Shown here: piece by piece, positions 1 through 5,007 of the stretch
Position numbering within the stretch: position 1 is the first letter of the stretch
Layout of the letters: each line of letters opens with the position of its first letter
Assembly (NCBI GenBank): GCA_051294375.1
Contig: JBJCIZ010000088.1
Location: 1-9,097, forward strand
DNA length: 9,097 bases
Reading direction: 5' to 3'
Source of the DNA: Paraspadella gotoi
Lineage: Eukaryota; Animalia; Chaetognatha
Notes under the pieces: generated by a model
What the model was told of the DNA's origin: nothing
Seen by the model: the letters and a program-made list of their open reading frames with translations, nothing else
The model's database searches: none
Program-made: the position numbers and the translations under genes

Positions 1-162
1 ATGCTGCAGTACTAAAAGAACTCATTCAAAAGCAGCAAAATGATAACAACAACGCTAAAAGCAAAATCGCCCTTGATCGAACTACCGAAGCCAGTCTTTG
101 ATTCTTCCTCCATCAGCGTCCACCCCGGCGTTGACTTCGGTAGCAGATACTACGCGGGCTAA
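1..162 (+). pseudogene. pol: 3' end of pol (post-integrase tail) of an upstream related element (copy 0), apparently frameshifted
   Basis: The frame from nt 3 reads AAVLKELIQKQQNDNNN (stop 99-101), matching SVVLKEMLRRQEEQNNNN near the end of copy 2 pol. Frame 1 then reads KAKSPLIEL...DSSSISVHPGVD (stop 160-162), resembling EIKTPLSTL...RSSSRLLAPTVD of copy 2. Manual alignment only. Confidence 0.7.
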
Positions 163-450
163 TTGTAGAGTAATATTTGATGGTTTTCGATATTTTCAGT
201 ATTTTAAATGTTAATTTTGTATAATTTTACAAATCGGATTTTGGAATATTATTTTTCGTCAATTTTAGAAAGTCATGTCATTTGTTTTTCATTTCGAAAT
301 GAATTTACTTTACCCAAATGTTAACGAATACTTTTATAGATATTATTTTGAAATATTATTTTGCACAAACACACTCATACCGGACGACAACAATTTTATT
401 TTTATTTAATTTCAATTTTTAATGTAAATATTTAAACTTATATATTTAAT
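163..450 (+). other. T-rich 3' untranslated region of copy 0
   Basis: Very AT-rich with repeated (A)ATTTT(G) units; same composition and position as 8929-9097 after copy 2 pol. Confidence 0.55.
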
Positions 451-451
451 C

Positions 452-460
452 AGAGGGGGA
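452..460 (+). other. candidate polypurine tract (PPT)
   Basis: AGAGGGGGA is the only run of five G between the copy 0 pol tail and the next PBS. It directly precedes a TG dinucleotide (461-462). Confidence 0.45.
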
Positions 461-1176
461 TGAAGATCTCTGGCCGACCTATTTATTTGGAAATAGATCG
501 CCCCAGTACAGGATTCGAACCTTGAACCAGAGATCGAGAAACCGGCGATTTCAGCCCAGCGCCAAACCGGTTTCTGAAATTAAATGATCTGAAACTCGAT
601 CTATAGAATTGAAACTAAGATATCTTAAACCTTTTGTTTTTCCCAATCATCTTGTTTCCCCTCAGGAGGCTACCAATCAGTTGATCGTTAGCAGACAACT
701 ATTGTTTACTTCAATGATTGTGTTCCTATTGAAATCAGTTCGGTTTTTAATCTCATGTGAATACATAATTAAACTATGCTATATTCGTTTTTAATGTCTC
801 TAAATAATGTAATAAGTACATTAGTCTATGAGATAAAACTATTCATCGAAATATCTAAGATATTCTCATCTTAATATAAAGATTTCGATCGCCGAACAAA
901 AAGTTTAAATTTCGACTAGTCTCCAGATCTTAACTTCGAAGCGAGATAAACTCAACGATTTTAACCTCTCATAAAAACGTCTTCTCTAAAGATAAATAAG
1001 ACTTTTTATATGTCATTCGAATCTACTCGTCAAGATCTACAACTTAGTCAATTCAAAACAGCGCCACAACTTCCCTGTGACAATCTACAGCCATTACTAA
1101 CTTCGATGTCGTAGAGTTGCGACACTACTCTGACGCGGTCTCCGTCAAGCTGTGGCCAAACTATAACCGCGCCACA
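461..1176 (+). repeat. putative LTR between copy 0 and copy 1 (3' end well supported, 5' end tentative)
   Basis: Ends CGCCACA 2 nt before the PBS, the same end as seen before the copy 2 PBS (3672-3678). The start is inferred from PPT+TG. No second full LTR is in the window to confirm it, and terminal inverted identity is only TG...CA. Confidence 0.5.
465..575 (-). ncRNA. tRNA-derived / SINE-like structured segment with Pol III internal promoter boxes
   Basis: The minus strand has a perfect B box GGTTCGAATCC (511-521) and an A-box-like TGGCGCTGGG (555-564) at tRNA-like spacing. The cloverleaf is degenerate (no clean anticodon arm). Several inverted repeats are present. Confidence 0.5.
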
Positions 1177-1178
1177 CA

Positions 1179-1190
1179 TGGTGAGACGAC
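1179..1190 (+). other. primer binding site, tRNA-Trp-like (copy 1)
   Basis: TGGTGAGACGAC, 2 nt after the LTR end CGCCACA; resembles the Trp PBS TGGTGACCCCGAC of CsRn1-clade elements. Confidence 0.75.
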
Positions 1191-1243
1191 TTGAGAACAT
1201 ATCCAACGATCGAAGGGGAGAAGACGACGGAAGATCACCTTCT

Positions 1244-1296
1244 CTGAGGTAAGATTGGGTGAGTAAATCGGGACTTAAGTGAGTAATCACCCAATC
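1244..1296 (+). promoter_or_regulatory. conserved leader element: splice-donor-like block and 10-bp hairpin (copy 1)
   Basis: CTGAGGTAAGATTGGGTGAG is identical to 3747-3766. GATTGGGTGA (1253-1262) pairs with TCACCCAATC (1287-1296). Confidence 0.6.
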
Positions 1297-1363
1297 CGCT
1301 CACACTTCCCTTTTTCTCTTTTCTCCCGCTTCTCAACGATTATTCGACGGAGCCGAACTACTA

Positions 1364-2482
1364 ATGAACGGATCAGACCTCCGCTCGCGATTAAGATCTG
1401 CACAACGCGACGCCGCGGCGGAGGATCGACGCAACGAGGAGATAAGACTCCAAGTTCCATTCGGATTCGGTCGAGGACAACGGTCTCGTTCCATCTCGCC
1501 GGCGTTTATCGACGCTGAGCCAACTTTTCAATTCCCTGCGAACGGCGCCAATTTCGACGACGCCGACATGGCGACAGGCGGAACGACCGACCAACAACGC
1601 GCCGGCGACGAAGGGAGGGATTTGCGCGATGAGAATGATGAGCTTCGCGCCGCCCTCGCCGCCGCCACTCGAGCGCTGGAACGCGTCTCAAACCGGAAAC
1701 CAGAACTTCCGGATTTCGATCAAAAGAACATCGAGGTTTGGATTAAGAGGATTGAAGCTGCCTACGTACGCGCTGGAATCAATAATCCAAGGACCAAATT
1801 TGCACATTTGGAATCCAAAATAAGCATAAACGTCGATCCACGAATAAATCAATATTTATTCGGAGAGCCAACGGAAGCAGCATGGGATCAATTCATAAGC
1901 TACTTAAGGACCGAGTATGGCCTTACCAAGCGGCAGCAAGCCGCAAATATGCTCGACGCCCTCGATCTCGAGAGTAACAAACCTTCAAAGCGATTAGCTC
2001 AGCTGGAAGAAAAAACTCGAAACGTAAGTGTCGATGATATAAGGAAAGAAAAGATTTTACGCGATTTGCCTTTCGAAATTCGACGCCAACTCGAAGAACG
2101 AGCGGACGAGTTGTCAGCCAAGGACCTCTGCCTACTAGCCGACCGTCACTACGACGTCGACGGGAATCTAAAGATTCGACAGACGACTTCCTTGATCAAT
2201 GCCGTTGAGATTAATCGCCGCGACGACGACGAGTCTGACGCCGATAGCGACGACGGCATCAACGCCGTCGATCGACGTCCCCGGAAACCGGCGAACAACA
2301 ACAACAACAGGCGCAAACAACAACAGGCGACGAAAACCAAAGGCAAAGCCAAACTCATGACTCTATGCTCCAAACACGTCAAATTTGGAGAGGACGCCTG
2401 GTCCTGTGAGCCAGGTTGCGCTCGATTCGACGAGTCCCAGAAAAGGAAAGAGGGAAACGGCAAGGGGGTCCGGCGCAGGTGA
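1364..2482 (+). CDS. gag: Gag polyprotein (copy 1), 372 aa
   Basis: Capsid-like N-terminal motif KPELPDF...IEVWIKRIEAAY...TKFAHL; C-terminal C-x2-H-x9-C-x3-C (CSKHVKFGEDAWSCEPGC) typical of the CsRn1 clade; homologous to 3878-4972. Confidence 0.93.
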   Translation: MNGSDLRSRLRSAQRDAAAEDRRNEEIRLQVPFGFGRGQRSRSISPAFIDAEPTFQFPANGANFDDADMATGGTTDQQRAGDEGRDLRDENDELRAALAAATRALERVSNRKPELPDFDQKNIEVWIKRIEAAYVRAGINNPRTKFAHLESKISINVDPRINQYLFGEPTEAAWDQFISYLRTEYGLTKRQQAANMLDALDLESNKPSKRLAQLEEKTRNVSVDDIRKEKILRDLPFEIRRQLEERADELSAKDLCLLADRHYDVDGNLKIRQTTSLINAVEINRRDDDESDADSDDGINAVDRRPRKPANNNNNRRKQQQATKTKGKAKLMTLCSKHVKFGEDAWSCEPGCARFDESQKRKEGNGKGVRRR

Positions 2483-2519
2483 ACGCCGTCCCCCAATCTT
2501 CAAACTTTTCACCGGCGCC
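2452..2519 (+). promoter_or_regulatory. -1 programmed ribosomal frameshift signal (copy 1)
   Basis: In-frame X_XXY_YYZ heptamer G_GGA_AAC (2452-2458), 5-nt spacer, stem GGGGG..CGGCG / CGCCG.CCCCC (2464-2494), and loop GGTGAA complementary to TTCACC (2508-2513). pol is in the -1 frame with no ATG at its start. Confidence 0.85.
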
Positions 2520-3228
2520 AAACAATCTACTTCATATCCGTGACGCCGGGAGCAAGATCAAGTGGCTCGTAGATGGCGGAGCTTTACTTTCCATCATTCC
2601 GCCAACTCCTCAGCAAAGAAAGAACGGTCCTGAGCCATTGATGCGACTACAAGCCGCAAATGGATCTCCAATAGACTGTTACGGAACGACGACTAAGACT
2701 GTACAACTCGGTGACAGAAAATTTGAGTACCAGTTCATCGTCGCTGATGTGAAGCAGCACATCCTCGGCGCAGATTTCATGGCGGAGAACTATCTCGCGC
2801 CTAATCACCGAGACGGCCTCCTTCTCGATCTGAACGATTATTCGACCATCGCGGCGTCGACGGCGAAGGAGGAGCAGTCAACTCATGTTAATTTCGTCGA
2901 CCGAAAAGGAGAAAGATACTATAAGCTGCTTGAATCGTTCCCTTCACTTTCGACTCCGACTTTCGAGCTCAAAGCTCCAAAACATGGCGTTACCCACTCG
3001 ATCCCTACCGAGGGACGCCCCTGCCAATCTCGAGCGCGGCGTTTAGACCCGGAAAAGCTGGCGGTGGCGAAACGTGAGCTGGAGAAAATGGTCTCGCTCG
3101 GCATTGCAAAAAGGGGGAAATCAGAGTGGTCTTCACCTCTCCACGTTGTCTCCAAACCAGACGGCGGCTGGCGCTGTTGCGGCGACTATCGTCGTCTCAA
3201 CGCCCAGACCGTCGAGGACAGATACCCC
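2458..3228 (+). CDS. pol: Pol (copy 1), partial: aspartic protease and N-terminal reverse transcriptase
   Basis: LVDGGA, AANGS and ILGADF protease motifs; SEWSSPLHVV and WRCCGDYRRLN RT motifs. Homology to copy 2 stops after DRYP (3228). Confidence 0.92.
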
Positions 3229-3294
3229 GAGATCTATTTTCGAAAAAATAGTTTTTGCCTTCAAGTTTGTGAGTTGAAGCTGTCAAAAGCTTAA
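3229..3294. other. non-pol AT-rich sequence interrupting copy 1 RT (insertion end or contig-end chimera)
   Basis: Abrupt loss of homology to copy 2 and a composition shift, adjacent to the N gap. Confidence 0.7.
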
Positions 3295-3588
3295 NNNNNN
3301 NNNNNNNNNNNNNNNNNNNNNNNNNNNNNNNNNNNNNNNNNNNNNNNNNNNNNNNNNNNNNNNNNNNNNNNNNNNNNNNNNNNNNNNNNNNNNNNNNNNN
3401 NNNNNNNNNNNNNNNNNNNNNNNNNNNNNNNNNNNNNNNNNNNNNNNNNNNNNNNNNNNNNNNNNNNNNNNNNNNNNNNNNNNNNNNNNNNNNNNNNNNN
3501 NNNNNNNNNNNNNNNNNNNNNNNNNNNNNNNNNNNNNNNNNNNNNNNNNNNNNNNNNNNNNNNNNNNNNNNNNNNNNNNNNNNNNNNN
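3295..3588. other. assembly gap (294 N)
   Basis: Run of N. Confidence 1.
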
Positions 3589-3652
3589 CATCAAGCCCTG
3601 AGGAACACATGGAGGATCTCGAGAGAGTATTCAAGGCCTTGGATCAGAACGG
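3589..3652 (+). CDS. pol: RT fragment just downstream of YxDD, probably copy 1
   Basis: From 3591 it reads SSPEEHMEDLERVFKALDQN(G), versus SSPEEHHQDLERVFKALDANG in copy 2 (5992-6054). Confidence 0.85.
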
Positions 3653-3662
3653 NNNNNNNNNN
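3653..3662. other. assembly gap (10 N, likely unknown size)
   Basis: Run of N joining copy 1 RT to the copy 2 LTR end. Confidence 1.
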
Positions 3663-3680
3663 CTCGGTCCACGCCACACT

Positions 3681-3693
3681 TGGTGAGACCGAC
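3681..3693 (+). other. primer binding site, tRNA-Trp-like (copy 2)
   Basis: TGGTGAGACCGAC, 11/13 match to TGGTGACCCCGAC, 2 nt after CGCCACA. Confidence 0.8.
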
Positions 3694-3746
3694 TCACGAA
3701 CAAGAACCAACCTTCAAGGAAAAGAAGAAACGGATCCGATCACCTC

Positions 3747-3796
3747 CTGAGGTAAGATTGGGTGAGCAAGATCGGGTTTAGGCAAATCACCCAATT
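3747..3796 (+). promoter_or_regulatory. conserved leader element: splice-donor-like block and hairpin (copy 2)
   Basis: CTGAGGTAAGATTGGGTGAG; GATTGGGTGA (3756-3765) pairs with TCACCCAATT (3787-3796). Confidence 0.6.
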
Positions 3797-3877
3797 TTCT
3801 CACGCCTTCCCTTTCTCTTTACCGGCGATTACGCTTTTTGGAGTCAACAATCTCGACGACGAAGTCTAAAGGCATCG

Positions 3878-4972
3878 ATGAGCGACCAGGATCTCCGCTC
3901 AAGACTCCGCTCCGCCCAGCGCGCCGCCGACGATCAACGCGACGCCGCAGCGGGTCTCCAGGTGCCTATAGGATTCGGAAGAGGCGCTAGATCACGCTCG
4001 ACATCGCCTGTCTTCGCCGACGCCGCCCCCGCCTTCGATTTTCGACGCGCCGGTGGCGAAAACAATAACGAAAACTTCGTCGACGCCGAGATGGCCACCG
4101 GCGGCACTCCTCAGCGAGATCTCAGGGACGAGAACGACGAACTCCGCGCCGCTCTCGCCGCCGCCACCAGGGCGCTCGAAAGGGCGTCGAATCGAAAGCC
4201 AGAGCTCCCAGACTTTGACACAGCAAACATAGAGATATGGATTAAGCGTGTGGAGGCCGCCTATACTAGAGCGGGTATTACATCTCCCAAAACTAAATTT
4301 GCCCACCTAGAATCCAAAATTGGAGTCAAAGTCGATCCTCGAATCAACCAATTCTTATATGGCGAAGCAACTGAGTCAACATGGCAACTTTTCATCGAAT
4401 ATCTCAGGCAAGAATATGGACTTACTCGCCGCCAACAGGCAGCGAATCTCCTCGACGCTATCGACGCTGACGGCATGAAGCCGTCGAAACTATTGGCGCA
4501 GCTCGAGGACAAGACGAGGACGCTGACGTTGGACGACGTCCGCAAAGAAAAAGTATTGAGGGAGTTGCCAACGGAGATAAGAAGGCAATTAGAGGACAAA
4601 GCCGACGATTTGTCGGCGAGCGAGCTCTGCACTCTGGCCGACCGCCACTTCGACAACGAGGGAAACCTCAAAGTTCGACCAACGTCTTCCCTAATCAGCC
4701 ACGTCGAGCGCAGCAGGCACGACGACTTGGAAACGGCGTCAGAAGAGGAGGACGGCGTCAACGCCGTCGCACCTGGTCGAAAAAAGGTTTTCAACGGGAA
4801 GAAAAGGCAAGGTCAAACCTCTAAAGGGAAAACGAAACCCAAGCTCCTCACCCTGTGTCACAAGCATGTCAAATTTGGCGAGGAGGCATGGTCGTGCGAG
4901 CCTGGGTGCTCTAAATACGACGACACTCTGAGGAAAAAAGAGGGAAACGCCAGAGGGGGACGACGTCGGTGA
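3878..4972 (+). CDS. gag: Gag polyprotein (copy 2), 364 aa
   Basis: KPELPDF...IEIWIKRVEAAY motif; CHKHVKFGEEAWSCEPGC = C-x2-H-x9-C-x3-C; position between PBS and pol. Confidence 0.93.
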   Translation: MSDQDLRSRLRSAQRAADDQRDAAAGLQVPIGFGRGARSRSTSPVFADAAPAFDFRRAGGENNNENFVDAEMATGGTPQRDLRDENDELRAALAAATRALERASNRKPELPDFDTANIEIWIKRVEAAYTRAGITSPKTKFAHLESKIGVKVDPRINQFLYGEATESTWQLFIEYLRQEYGLTRRQQAANLLDAIDADGMKPSKLLAQLEDKTRTLTLDDVRKEKVLRELPTEIRRQLEDKADDLSASELCTLADRHFDNEGNLKVRPTSSLISHVERSRHDDLETASEEEDGVNAVAPGRKKVFNGKKRQGQTSKGKTKPKLLTLCHKHVKFGEEAWSCEPGCSKYDDTLRKKEGNARGGRRR

Positions 4973-5007
4973 ACGCCGTCCCCCAAGCGTCAACGAAATC
5001 ACCGACG
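4942..5007 (+). promoter_or_regulatory. -1 programmed ribosomal frameshift signal with pseudoknot (copy 2)
   Basis: G_GGA_AAC (4942-4948) in the gag frame, 6-nt spacer, S1 GGGGGACG (4955-4962) / CGTCCCCC (4977-4984), S2 CGTCGGTGA (4964-4972) / TCACCGACG (4999-5007). Confidence 0.88.

Larger units (their letters stand above)
461..3652 (+). mobile_element. Ty3/Gypsy LTR retrotransposon, CsRn1-like clade, copy 1 (incomplete in assembly)
   Basis: LTR end, PBS, gag with CHCC knuckle, frameshift site, protease and N-terminal RT, plus an RT fragment after the gap. Confidence 0.9.

Noticed and set aside
495-575. Functional tRNA gene
   Set aside because: The B box is perfect but the acceptor, D and anticodon arms do not pair properly; kept only as tRNA-derived.
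609-794. 61-aa ORF in the putative LTR
   Set aside because: Non-ATG start, AT-rich, no recognisable motif; consistent with chance.
875-880. TATAAA as the LTR TATA box
   Set aside because: Plausible but common in AT-rich DNA; no second LTR or clear polyA signal to corroborate it.
2416-3294. Standalone 292-aa ORF as given in the track
   Set aside because: The start is a non-ATG codon upstream of the frameshift site, and the last 21 aa come from non-pol sequence.
3197-3634. Minus-strand ORFs spanning the N run
   Set aside because: Artefacts of the assembly gap.
4261-4794. Antisense ORFs opposite gag (also 2149-2496)
   Set aside because: Not conserved in extent between copies; expected shadows of GC-rich coding sequence.
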